From NCBI GenBank assembly GCA_032718475.1, contig JAUCBJ010008896.1, positions 124,001 to 188,000 on the forward strand: a stretch of DNA of 64,000 nt, given 5' to 3'. The notes beneath the pieces are model-generated. The model was not told the DNA's origin. It made no database searches and saw only the letters and a list, made by a program, of their open reading frames with translations. Origin of the DNA: Nemertoderma westbladi (taxonomy: Eukaryota > Animalia > Xenacoelomorpha). Position numbers and translations under genes: made by a program. Positions 11,501-24,300 of this stretch are shown in pieces (positions within the stretch are counted from its first letter, which is position 1; every line of letters begins with the position of its first letter).

Positions 11501-13801
11501 GGTAGCGCAAACGACGGGATTAGATCCGGAAGTCGCGGCATACATACCGGTAGGTAGGCAAGAAGTGGATAGGCCTATACCGGTACCGGCACAGCAGTAT
11601 GACTATAATATGCAGGGACATAACATATATCCAGGGGAGGGGAGGGTTATTGCAGATAGGTGTGTGGGCCCCAACATATTAACATCAACCCCAGTACCAA
11701 ACACAACACCGGTGGGGGGGGGGGGGGCAGGGTGACATTCCCCCATTACAATATCAATAATACACTCAACCGGGAATAAGAACATCGAACCCCCTGGACG
11801 AGAACAGATCTTGCGACACGGAGATATTGAGGGGGCCGTTACCCCCAATGGTATATCCGACGCAAAGAAAGTCAACAGGCCCGACGAGCGGACCGCACCC
11901 AACAGGAGAATCTGTACAGCATCCCTCGAACCCATTGGAAGCACAGGCAATGGGAATGGCAACACTTATCGATGCGCTCAAGACCAGAATCGAATTACCA
12001 CCAGTAGACACATTTAAATTCGACAGAAGCAGACCGGAAGAATACCTGCAATTCCGACACATGTACAGCAACGAGATATTAACTAAGAACCTGACGCAGG
12101 TGGAGTACCTAAAATATTTACAGGTATACACAGGAGGCCCAGCGTACGCCATCGTGAGGCAGTATCAGGGCATCGAGGGTGGCTTCACGACTGCATGGCG
12201 GGCCCTAGACAGGGAATATGGACACCCAGCCAAGATCATCCGGCAGACCCTCAGCGGAATAACATCGGGTGTCCTACAGGATAACCCTGTTAGCATAAAG
12301 ACCTTCGCGAATAAGGTCAAGAAGTCCTTAATCATGCTGAAGACGCTAGACGAGCCATACGAACTCAACGCATCGAATAACATCACCACGATAGCACAGG
12401 CACTGCCGATCTGGCCACAGAACAAGTGGAGGAAGATCGCCTTCTCCACTCGGGAGAAGAAAGGTGCGGAGCCAGGGCTAGAGGAAATGTCGAACTTCCT
12501 CAATTACGAAGCAGAATTGATCACAGACCCAGTCTACAGTGAGGATAGTTTGGGGAAGGGGCAGAAGACCGAATACAACAGGCCTAAACCCGAACATAAT
12601 CTGGCAGATCCATTCCCGAAAGTGAGACAGTCGCTACCACACGCAGCCACACAGGGGGCTACAAGCCCACAGTTAGTTGGGAGTAGGGCCACACTGTGGC
12701 AGGGACAGAAACAAAATAACACCATGAACAAACATGATCCCAACACACCCAGTAGGCCGAGTCCAAATAACCAAAACACTAAACCGGTAGATATGAATCT
12801 ACACGCAATATGTGAAGGGCTACAATCCAGGATACGAATGTCAATTGCATAGGGATGGGACCCATAAGACCATGAGTTGTAAGCATTGGCAAGCGTTGCC
12901 TAGACAAGATCGTGTAGCCTACGCGGATGCAAATGGACTATGTCATCGATGCGTGGTTGAAGAACACAGACTCGGAGAGTGTAGCGAAACAGTGATAGGA
13001 GACGATGAGACTGGAGGCCAAACAATGGCTACGAGCACAACAGGAGCAAGAAGAAAGAGGAAAGTACTACTCGGGGTAGTACCAGAGAAGATAACAGGAA
13101 GGGGCGGCCGATCAGTCACAACATTGATGCTGGTCGACAGCGGAGCAGCCTTCATGCTGGTGGAGAATTGGGTGGCCGAGTAGATAGGGTTACAGACGAG
13201 GCCGAGTAGGATAGCGGTAACTACTATCTCGAGTAAGGATAAGGTCCTGGAGATGAGGACGGGATGATGCGAGATATCAGCAATAGCACCGGGATGTGAC
13301 TATGGGGCAACCATCAACCCCATGCAGATTATAGAATCGATTAATATAAATGCCAGGAGACCAACTAACATCGAGGTCGAGCAATACCGGTTCCTGGACG
13401 ATATCGATTTCTCAATACCGAAAGTGGACGTCTCGAAGGTATCCATCATAGTCGGAATGGATTGTCCGATGGCCCACGAGAGAGTAAGGACCATATTCGG
13501 GGAGAATAAACAGCGGGATCCGACGGCGATTCTCACACCGTTCGGATGGACACTTAGCAGCCCAATTAAAACCAAGATTCCATTCAGGGTGTCAGAGACA
13601 TCAGGGTGCATGCTATCAGGCACCATTGAGGACGTAAAGAAGAAACCAGAGACGGGCGATGGGGAGGTCCCATGTGAGAAGCGGCCCGGGGAAGGATACC
13701 AGGAGTTGGGTATAGATCTGGAACCACGCGTAGTGGAGCATGGCGAAAGGATAGAGGATAGTTCCAGAGAAATACCGTCGGTAATTCAGGAGGGGAAGTA
13801 A
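8519..13801 (+). pseudogene. gag-protease of element B with a very long low-complexity N-terminus
   Basis: Chain of + strand ORF pieces: charged 11-aa repeats (ERETRVEKERK), an Asn-rich tract and G-run repeats, then LPPVDTFKFD...YLKYLQVYTGGPAYAIV...AWRALDREYG, CQLH...H...C, CHRC...H...C and the DSG protease motif. Multiple stops and frameshifts. Confidence 0.8.
10482..10880 (+). repeat. Three ~130-bp tandem repeats with long G runs inside the element B gag N-terminus
   Basis: GGCGTAGAAGCGAAGTA...AAGTGGCGAGTG(G)n CTACGGGCGCCCCACC...GAGA(G)n CAGAGAAT occurs three times. Confidence 0.85.
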
Positions 13802-15423
13802 CAGCAAGAGAGTTGGCGGAGGAGAATGGATTTGACGCGGAAGACTTAGAGACGATGGGATGGAACAAGGATGTTCCCAGAAAGTATCGGTATGAGGAAG
13901 GAGAAGAGTGGACGGCGAGATGTCCGGAGAAGTGTCCGGAGGAGACACCGGTCTGGTTGAGAGGCATACCGAGAAGGGGAAGGTCAAATAAGAAGACAGG
14001 GTGGAAAGGGATAGGATTACTATTATCCATTCTGTGTTATCTATTCTTTCGATTTCTATTCATTCTACCAGGAGGAAGTCAAGAAGGCGGCCGAAAGACC
14101 CGATTTTAGGGTGGCGGAAGAGGGAGAATCAATTCCTAGTGATTTGGAATTGGCAAGGAGAGTGTGGTGGAGGATAAGAGGACATACAGGGGGGCAGTGG
14201 GAGAGTGCCTGCTGGAAGAATCGCCCTTGAGGTTTAGTCGTCCAACATGTTGGACTGAGAGGGGTGGGAATGAGGGCGAGACGCCCTTCCCACACAAATA
14301 ATAAAATAAATAATAAAAATAATAAAATAAGAAGTGAGATAGTAGAAAGTTAGAAAGTAATAGTAGTAGATAGTTAGATAGTAAGTAGTAGTTAGAAAGC
14401 TAGTAGAAGTTAATAAGAAGTAAGAAAGTTAGTAGAAGTTAGTAAGAAGTAGTAGTTAGAAAGTTAGTAAGAGTAAGAGGAGAGTTAGAAGTAGGCACAA
14501 ATTAGGGAGTGTGGTATATAAACATACCACGGGAGTAGGAGGGTACGTAGTACCGTTAGAGTTAGAAGCAGGCAGAAGATAGGGAGTGTGGTATATTGAC
14601 ATACCACGAGTAGTAGCAGGGTACATAGTACCGGAGTAGCAGGGTACATAGTACCGAGAGAGTTAGAGGTTGTGAGCACCGAAAGCGCCATGTAAAAAGA
14701 GAGTAGAGGGGTTGTGGGCACCAAAAGCGCCACGTAGAAAGAGAGTAGAGGGGTTGTGGGCACTGAAAGCGCCATGTAGAAAGAGAGTAGAGGGTATGGT
14801 ATGTAGGTATACCATAGAGGTAGTAGCAGAGAGGTTGTGGGCACCGAAAGCGCCGCGTAGTGAGAGAGTGAAGGGTGTGGAATGTAGGTATTAGGTAGTA
14901 GCAGTATTAGAAGTAGTAAGTAGTAAGTAAGAAGTAAGTAGCAAGGTAGATAGAATGATAGCACAGAGAGGGGTAGCATAAGAAAAATTGGCACTTAGGG
15001 AGTGGTAGAGACACAGGACATTGTGAAGCAGTGGGGATGGGCCAGCTCATGGGCCTTGTCTTCCACAAGCCAATGGACTGGGGCAAGTTCCGGGGGGAGC
15101 ACGGAGCGGGCACGGGACATTGCGAAGCAGTGGCGATGGGGCCAGCTCATGAGGCTTGTCTTCCACAAGCCGATGGACTGGGGTAAGTCCCGAGAGGAGT
15201 ATGAGAGGAGTACGAGGGAAGCATGGAGAGGAGGTGTTGGCGCGTGAGAATGTAGACGGGTGCAATTCAAATGTGGGGAGCGAGCAGAGTGGAGTTAGAG
15301 TGAGTTCAGAGTGGAGTTAGAGTGAGTTCAGAGTGAAGTTAGAGTGAGCTCAGAGTGAGGAAGTTTTTAAAATTGTCCTACCCCGTCGGAATCGCTCCAA
15401 CTATGTGCGGTGCTCCAATAAGA

Positions 15424-17242
15424 TTGCTAAGTGGTATTGCTAAGTGATGTATTCCATTGTTTGGTTATTATTATTGTTAAGTGGTATTGATAAGTGATAT
15501 ATTCCATTGTTTGGTTATTATTATTATTGTTAAGTGGTATTGCTAAGTGATGTATTCCATTGTTTGGTTATTATTATTGTTAAGTGGTATTGCTAAGTGA
15601 TGTATTCCATTGTTTGGTTATTATTATTGTTAAGTAGTATTGCTAAGTGATGTATTCCATTGTTTGGTTAATATTATTATTAAGTAGTATTGCTAAGTGA
15701 TGTATTCCATTGTTTGGTTATTATTATTGTTAAGTTCTATTGCTAAGTGATATATTCCATTGTTTGGTTATTATGATTATTAATTGTTAAGTGGTATGGC
15801 TAAGTGATATATTCCATTGTTTGGTTATTATTATTATTAATTGTTAAGTAGTATTGCTAAGTGATGTATTCCATTGTTTGGTTATTATTATTGTTAAGTA
15901 GTATTGCTAAGTGATGTATTCCATTGTTTGGTTATTATTATTGTTAAGTAGTATTGCTAAGTGATGTATTCCATTGTTTGGTTATTATTATTATTAAGTA
16001 GTATTGCTAAGTTATGTATTCCATTGTTTGGTTATTATTACTGTTATGTGGTATTGCTAAGTGATGTATTCCATTGTTTGGTTATTATTATTGTTAAGTA
16101 GTATTGCTAAGTGATGTATTCCATCGTTTGGTTATTATTATTATTAAGTAGTATTGCTAAGTGATGTATTCCATCGTTTGGTTATTATTATTATTAAGTA
16201 GTATTGCTAAGTGATGTATTCCATTGTTTGGTTATTATTACTGTTAATGGTATTGCTAAGTGATGTATTCCATTGTTTGGTTATTATTATTGTTATGTGG
16301 TATTGCTAAGTGATGTATTCCATTGTTTGGTTATTATTATTGTTAAGTAGTATTGCTAAGTGATGTATTCCATCGTTTGGTTATTATTATTATTAAGTAG
16401 TATTGCTAAGTGATGTATTCCATTGTTTGGTTATTATTATTATTAATTGTTAAATAGTATTGCTAAGTGATGTATTCCATTGTTTGGTTATTATTATTGT
16501 TAAGTAGTATTGCTAAGTGATGTATTCCATTGTTTGGTTATTATTATTATTAATTGTTAAGTGGTATTGCTCAGTGATGTATTCCATTGTTTGGTTATTA
16601 TTATTATTAATTGTTAAGTGGTATTGCTCAGTGATGTATTCCATTGTTTGGTTATTATTATTATTATTGTTAAGTAGTATTGCTAAGTGATGTATTCCAT
16701 TGTTTGGTTATTATTATTGTTAAGTAGTATTGCTAAGTGATGTATTCCATCGTTTGGTTATTATTATTATTAAGTGGTATTGCTAAGTGATGTATTCCAT
16801 TGTTTGGTTATTATTATTGTTAAGTAGTATTGCTAAGTGATGTATTCCATTGTTTGGTTATTATTATTTTTAAGTACTATTGCTAAGTGATGTATTCCAT
16901 CGTTTGGTTATTATTATTATTAAGTAGTATTGCTAAGTGATGTATTCCATTGTTTGGTTATTATTATTGTTAAGTAGTATTGCTAAGTGATGTATTCCAT
17001 TGTTTGGTTATTATTATTGTTAAGTAGTATTGCTAAGTGATGTATTCCATTGTTTGGTTATTATTATTATTAATTGTTAAGTGGTATTGCTCAGTGATGT
17101 ATTCCATTGTTTGGTTATTATTATTGTTAAGTTCTATTGCTAAGTAATATATTCCATTGTTTGGTTATTATAATTATTAATTGTTAAGTGGTATTGCTAA
17201 GTGATGTATTCCATTGTTTGGTTATTATTATTGTTAAGTAGT
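15424..17242. repeat. 50-bp satellite, left block
   Basis: Unit TAAGT(A/G)GTATTGCTAAGTGATGTATTCCATTGTTTGGTTATTATTATTGT with variable (TTA)n; roughly 35 copies. Confidence 0.97.
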
Positions 17243-18478
17243 TGTAAAAGCTTTTGCGGAATTGCCCGGTTATTTTCCCCGTAAAGTACTTTGTAGTTGG
17301 TTTAGCAGGCATAAAAGGCCGTGTCATTGCCGTACCGGTGTTTTTAGGGGACATAAAAGCTATTTCTTCTGTATGTGTACTTTAGAGGACATAATCCGCA
17401 ATTCCATGACGCAAAAGCCGAAATACTCTTGGAACAGTGTAGTTACTAAGACGACAGCTAATAGCTGAGCTGTACACGTGGAGCCTCTGCACGGAGCCTT
17501 GGTTCTTTGTTCTGCTCAGCTCAAATGACGACATCTATCAGCTGTGTCCACGTCAGTTCGACCAATCAGAGATTTTCCCTTTGTGTAAAAGCTGTACAGC
17601 AGAATCCCATGATTCAGTACTGACGTTTCCCCCACGCCTAGAACACCGGCCGGGGAATGTTTTCTGACATTAGAGCGTCTTTAATTATAAGATCATCAAA
17701 CGGTTATCTCGGTTTTGCACCTCGGTCTCGGTCACGGTTTTGCACCTCGGCATATGATTAAGCACCCTGACGTAAACTGCTTTTCGCCGCATTATTTACT
17801 GCTATTTACTGTGTTGTTAATTGTATCGTTCGTTTACATATTATTATTGGGAAGAATATTGATAACGATCCGAAAACCCAATCTTCTTGATACACTAAGG
17901 TTAGAGAGACCGGTTACATATAACAATTTGCGACATACATTATCGTGGTTTGTAGTGAGTTCAATGCTACTTAATAGGCCCTACAAATGTCGGTTGTTAT
18001 TCTCTTTATATATGATTAAAATCAGTGAATGTCGGCAATTCAGTGTGCAGTTGTGTGCAATAGTCTGTGTGTGCTTGACCGAGTAACAAAGCATTTCCTA
18101 AAGAATGCACTTTGGTGATCTATAAGACATACTGTTGTGTATAGTGTAAGTCATAGCTCTGTTTAAATAGATAGAGGGCCACGTCCTAAAGGAACTGCTA
18201 ATATTTCCCGAAAGTGAATAATATTCGTCAGAGATTATATATTAACGATCAATCGAATAGTACGGTAGGCCTGCACCGCAATCAAATTAAAGCATCCAAA
18301 TCCAGTCTCCCGGGTATATCCAGCGGGTGAATGGTCGCGCACAGACTGGCTTTGGCTAATGTTAGAATTATTATAGGTGTTCAATAGGCCTACTTGTCAT
18401 AGGCTGGAGTACATTTATAACCTAGAAGACATATAGATTTGGCGGGTTAAACTGCCAAAGGTCTTAAAAGCGTGAACA
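17243..18478 (+). repeat. 5' LTR of element C
   Basis: TGTAAAAG...GTGAACA; direct repeat of 27632-28867 with about 7 substitutions seen by eye. Confidence 0.97.
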
Positions 18479-18830
18479 ATAACCGTTTGTAAAATTCTTG
18501 ATTGCAGTGTAGGCAATAAATACAGTTTAATATTGTTCTGGTAAGAACAATAACAGTTTGTAGGATCTTGATTGCGGCGTAAGCGATCAAGACTAAAGTA
18601 CCGGTCGACCGGTAACCAGTAGGCCTGACTGCCTGATCATCCGGACCGGTACTTACAACAGTACAGGTACAGCAGTACTATTTCGATTGTGATATTGCAT
18701 ACCGGTAGGCTGTTTAAGAGATTAGGGACTGTACACCCCTTGTTTCTTTTGGAGCTTACTTATTTCTGTCAGTTTTATTTATTTGTAGGCCAGTATTGAG
18801 CAGAAGGCGTGTAAGCTTGCTCAGTCTATA

Positions 18831-19410
18831 CAGACAATTGGTAGGCTGGACTGTTGTCTGGCTGTTGTTGGGTCTGAACGGATTGCAGTGTGTGTAGAGT
18901 CTGTCCGATAAAGTGCCAGTTAGTAAGTAGGGGCATCTTGAGTTGTAAGGTCAACCCCCTCTTAAAGAATAAGTCGTACTACCGAGTTAGAACGCATACT
19001 AACTAACCATTTTGGAATCTGCATATACTGTAGTTTATTTAGGCTTGATAGTAGTCTGCCAGCGTTTTGGCCTGTGTTTGTTTGTGTGGTCTGTTCAGGT
19101 ACCGTAATAGTTATTACTCAGATAGTTTGTAGGCTGGATTGTTGTCTGGCTGTTGTTGGGTCTGGAGAGATTGCGGCGTGTGTAGAGTCTGTCCGATAAA
19201 GTGCCCGTTAGTAAGTTGGGGCATCTTGAGTTGTAAGGTCAACCCCCTCCTAAAGAATAAGTCGTACTACCGTGTTAGAACGCATACTAACTAACCATAT
19301 TGGAATCTGCACATACTGTAGTTTATTTAGGCTTGATGGTAGTCTGCCAGCGTTTGGTTTGTAATTTGTTTGAGTAGTTTGTACGGGTAGCGTAATATTT
19401 ATTATTCAGA
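18831..19410 (+). repeat. Tandem ~290-bp duplication in the 5' leader of element C
   Basis: GTAGGCTGGA-TGTTGTCTGGCTGTTGTTGGGTCTG...GGGCATCTTGAGTTGTAAGGTCAACCCC...GTAGTCTGCCAGCGTTT occurs twice about 288 bp apart. Confidence 0.9.
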
Positions 19411-20711
19411 GTTTATGCGATTATTCGCAACATTCATATCCCTAAGTTTATTCCTACAGTAATTGTGCTTGTTATATATACCGTTATAGTTAAATTAAAC
19501 CTGGTACTACACGGGCTGCTTGGCGTAGGTAAAGACTGGTGATCTTGTGCACCGGTCACTCCAGCAGATGCCGTGGTTCTTTTAGCTGTTCAAGTATTTT
19601 TAACTACTGATTATTTGTTGTACAAGTACTTGTACCTAATTTAGGGTTTAGTGTACAGTGCTTTCCGAAGGTAATTAGTGTGTAGGCAGTATATTTGTGT
19701 TGTAAAGTGGTTAATAGGCACGTTGGTTCTGGTAGACCGCGGTAATTAACTTCTAGGTAGGGACACTCCGTGATACATAACGTAGTACCTATAGCGATGC
19801 GGCTATAGGTCGTCAGGCGGTAGTATTTTCCTATCTGGACAACACAGTGTATTTACTACTACTTATTATTTTCAAATACCGTAGTATCCTGTCTATTGTA
19901 ATAACCAGAAAATCTAACACTCTGTTAGACTGGTTTGTAGTTCCCTGTAAAATTACCCTAAAATTTCGTACGTAATATTTTTGTTGTGTTTAATTAGAGA
20001 TTTAATCTCACCCGTATCGTAAGTAATTCGTAGATAAGTAACTTAGGAAGTAGAATTATTTGTTTTAGTGTCCAATAAGTAGCACTTCACTGAGAGCGCA
20101 CAGCTTTTGTGTAGTGATTACTTCCCAGAAATAATAACATCTATTTCAATATTGTAACAAAACCCCTCATACGGGTACATATAAATCCAGTAAATCTATT
20201 AATAAATAGTAGGCCTGTTATACAACACTTAGGTCTTAATATCAGTTGGACTGCTGCTCAAATAACGGTAATAAAGTAAGTAAAGTAACCAAGTAACCCC
20301 TAACATTCAGAAATTCAATTATTTTAAAATAATTGACATACCGGTATTTACAATAGGCTTATTATATTTATTCTATAAATTTAGGCTGAAATCATACCGG
20401 TATTCTGTAATTAATTCTAGTCTGTAATAATTATACTTATATATACTATAAGTGTCAGCTGTATACCGGTATTCACGATAGGCCTATTATATATTTATAT
20501 ATATTTGTGCTAAAATTATATACCGGTATTCTGTGACAAATCTAGTCTGTAATAATACTTATATATCTACTATAAGCATACCGGTATTCTAATATATACG
20601 CTACACTGAGTAGCAGTATCGGTAATTAATTGTTAGGCTAACAGTGATACTGAATTACTAGACTTGATTTAACTGTAATATAGCAGTAGGCATTCAACTG
20701 TACAATCAAAC

Positions 20712-21326
20712 ATGGCTGACACAAGGCAAACTCTGTCAGATAGTCTCCTAGAAACAACAGCCTGTTTCTCAGATCAAAGTGTAGAGAATCCCAGACCGAG
20801 GTCTGAAACCCCTCATACTGTAAGAAGGGCAACCCCTGCAGTGGTTGTGTCAGAACCTAGGTTGGTAGAAGCGATTTCGCAATTTGCGAAGTTAGTGAAG
20901 CGCCGTTGGTCCGCCATAGGCATTCAGGCCCAAGTCAAGCGGGATCAAGAAGCAGCTATCAAACAGCAGCAACCTCCTAGCCAAGAACCTAGTTCTCAGC
21001 GGCCCGATAGCTCCAGTAGTTCGGATACTGTTGAGCGGACGCCCGAACGCGGAGCGAAGATGGCGGATATGGTTTATGATGAGCGGCCAACCTATGAAGA
21101 ATCAACCGACGCCACTTCTTCTCAAGTGGAAAGCGAAGTGGAAAGCGAAGTGGAAAGCGAATTAACAGCAGCAGAGAAGCCGCGAACTAGAGACGCCATT
21201 GACATCTATCTGTCAGACTATCAGCGATTCCTAGGAGACGAAGAGTTGAGGAGACGACTGTCTGGACTTCGCCCTAATAGTGAAGGAACCAAGCTTGTGT
21301 TGACGCAATCGATGCGGAAATGTTAG
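20712..21326 (+). CDS. N-terminal part of element C gag, separated from the main ORF by a single frameshift
   Basis: 204-aa ATG ORF overlapping the next ORF; the downstream frame is open from ~21284 (RNQACVDAIDAEML). Confidence 0.65.
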   Translation: MADTRQTLSDSLLETTACFSDQSVENPRPRSETPHTVRRATPAVVVSEPRLVEAISQFAKLVKRRWSAIGIQAQVKRDQEAAIKQQQPPSQEPSSQRPDSSSSSDTVERTPERGAKMADMVYDERPTYEESTDATSSQVESEVESEVESELTAAEKPRTRDAIDIYLSDYQRFLGDEELRRRLSGLRPNSEGTKLVLTQSMRKC

Positions 21327-24300
21327 CTGCGAACCAAGCTAAATTTGATGAACGACTCCGCCTCGTTAGAGTCCAAGAAGAACAAATAAAGAAAAAACAG
21401 ATAGAGGACCGAAAGGCAGCAGCAGTAGCAGCGGCAATGGCAGAAGCAGAAGTAGAAAGAAAGGCGGCAGCGGCAATGGCAAAGGCAGTGGCAGAAGCAG
21501 AACGGAGAGCGTCTGAGGAGACTACCCAACTGGAGTTGGAAAATCTGCAAGAGACGCAAGACTGCATAAATAAACAGTTAACTGCTAGTCAAATGCAGAT
21601 GATGAGTCGATCTACTCCCAAACGCCAAGGATACACATCATCGGAGGAAGGCGAGACCACCGATCCTGAAGGCGGAGGAAATAGATCTCGTCTAAGCAGG
21701 CGTAGAAAAACATCTCACCGTCACAAATTGCCTGATTTGCCCCCAGCGGTTAGAAGACAACTAGCTAGCACAGACTTAGGTAGTACAGAACCCACAGACC
21801 AAATTATTAAGGTCAAAAGACTCCATACCATAGTTGATGAGCCTGAAATAATTAGGCCTGTCGTTCCCAAATCCACTCCTGTGCTAGAGACCCCTGTACT
21901 TCCAGAGCTTAACTCTAAATTCCCTTTACACAGTACTACACTGTCTGTACCCGGTAGAACAGTCCATGCGAATATCCCTGTCCTGGACGCTGAGAGAGAA
22001 ATCAAAGATTTGTCTCCCGTCGTCCCGCGTCTGCCCGCTACAATGTTGGCGACTCCCACTTCGGCCGTCGAGTGGGTAGAGGAGGGACGGCGGGGGATGA
22101 ATCTCCTGCTCGGACAGATGCAGGAGACTGTCCACCAACTCAAGGGAACAGTAAGGGAAAGTATGTTAGAATTGCAAGAAGTGCAGCAAAGTATCGCGCT
22201 AGAACGCGACAAATTAGTCAATATACAAAAGGGTATACCAATACCCCCTGTAACATTGTGTCAACCTGTTAGGTCTGAAGTATTACATGCGCAAGGTGTG
22301 GAGCCTACACGCATCTATACTGCTAGTGAAGTAGAAACTCCTATAGCAAACCCTATTAAGGGTGATTATAAACCTGTTGTTGATGATATTCCCTATAGAC
22401 CTGATAATAATCCGGGAAATTTATATACCGATAATTCGATATTAAATAACACGATGGCCCAAGAAAGCTTTACGCGTCAGATGGCTAGAACAGAAGCCCG
22501 CCAAGCGGTCAAAGTGGGAGAAATCGTCAAATTCAATGGAGATGAGATGAAATGGTTACCTTTCAATGAATATTACAAAGATAGCATACAGAACTCTGTA
22601 CTATCTAACGGAGAGAAACTTAGATTCCTCATCAAGTGCTTGGAAGGACCTCCCAAGTTAATGGCGTTAAAGTTTATTGGACATCCAGATGGATTAAGAC
22701 GAGTTTGGGATACATTAAACATCAGGTATGGTAACAAGGATAACTTAGCTAAGTATTTGTATGCAAAATTAGTAGCCCCCCGAAAGTTCCTTAGTAGCGG
22801 GATTATAGAGTTTTCCGATGAGATTCAAGAGATCTGTAGACAATTGGATTGGTTAGGTAAGTCTCATGAATATCAGAGTTCCATGGTTATTGGAGCCATA
22901 GTCTCTACTTTACCAAAGGGTGGAGTATGTACACGCTGGGACAAGAAAGTGTTGTATATGAATGAGCAGCAACGACGAGGCCCTACCATGGCTGATCTAA
23001 TGTCCTTCTTAGATAGTGAAGTAAAATTACAACTCATAAAGCAGTCCAGAGAGAAAACATCGGAAAATAAGGTAAGTGAGAAACCCGTTTCTAGGAGAAG
23101 GGTAACACCAGTGTGTTATACTGACGATGGCGAAAGCCAAGCTTCTCAAGAAGAGGACAGCGGGAAAGACACAGCAAAATCTTACTATGACAACAAGACC
23201 TATAAAGACGTAAGTAAATATAAGTCTCGAACCAGTGACAGGAGAGAACAGGTAACAACAACTCCTCCTACATCTCCTAAGAGAATTCACGGAAGAAAGC
23301 CCGAAGAAAGAACGAGAGTGCATAACGTTACCCAAGGTAAAGTGAGTAACATCAAACCAAAATGTGCGCTGTGCGACGGGCCCCACCGTTTGAGTGTGTG
23401 TGCTGAATTCCTAAAGAAATCCCTGGTAGACAGACGTGAAGTCATGTGGGATAAGCGGTTATGCTATAATTGCCTCAGACAAGGACACCAACGGCGAACC
23501 TGTTACTCCGACGTAAGGTGTGCAAAGTGCGGTGCGAAACATCACATCTTGTTACACAGTGAATTCGAACGAAACAACCCGAGTCAGGTAAGTAAGCCCG
23601 AACTACATGTCCAATTCAGTGATGTAAATGACACTGATCAAGAATCTGAGATGGAAGGATTCTATACTGACGAATTCTCCGACGCCAACGAATCCTGTTA
23701 CCTAATAAATACCGCGGTGTATCGAGCACTTACTTACGAAAAGGACACCGACAATGAGTTCCCCCCAACTACTTTTGACAGACAACCATCTTGGAAAGCT
23801 CCAACTTCCAACGTAGGAATCAGAGAATTTCCTGTAGTGCAGGTAAGAGTTCACGGTCCTAACAAAAGTTACATAGTGAACGCCCTCCTTGACTCTGGCA
23901 GCACAGGAACATTCATCGATCAAGAACTAGCCGAAGATATCTTTGCTGGACAACCCAGATTCCGAACTAAGTTGAATATGTCCGGAATTATGCAGGTTTG
24001 GAAATCTACCATAACGGCAGATTACTATGTAGGTGAGTTGTCCACCCCCCAGGATAAATTAGGAGCACAAAGTATAAGGTCAGTAAAAATGGTGGCTATA
24101 AAGAACTTCGCTACTACCCAAGTAGAACCTTATAACTGGGACGAGGACGAGAGCATCCAACAGCTTAAGATACCTCGATTCCAGACAGATTATCCTGGAG
24201 TGCAAATACTCATCGGCCAAAACGCGCATGAGGCGCTCGAGACATTGGAGAAACGGCCTGCTCAACCGCAGCCACTACAAACCTATGCGGTAAGAACTAG

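Larger units (their letters stand above)
7863..15282 (+). mobile_element. BEL/Pao element B, degenerate: gag-protease only, no RT/RH/INT, 3' LTR missing
   Basis: DUF1759-type gag at 11827-12852, knuckles and aspartic protease (LVDSGA; IIVGMD; AILTPFGWTL), then purine-rich repeats ending in PPT-like GTGGGGAGCG near 15282. Confidence 0.75.

Noticed and set aside
14485-14994. Hydrophobic 169-aa minus-strand ORF as an env or membrane protein
   Set aside because: Antisense reading of purine-rich simple repeats gives Leu/Tyr runs; no env motifs.
15416-15420. CAATA as the right TSD of element B (matches 7858-7862)
   Set aside because: No 3' LTR precedes it, and a 5-mer match in AT-rich DNA is expected by chance.
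17262-18086. Duplicated small ORFs (68 aa and 123 aa, repeated at 27651-28475) as a gene pair
   Set aside because: They lie within the two LTRs, start at non-ATG codons and show no recognisable domain.
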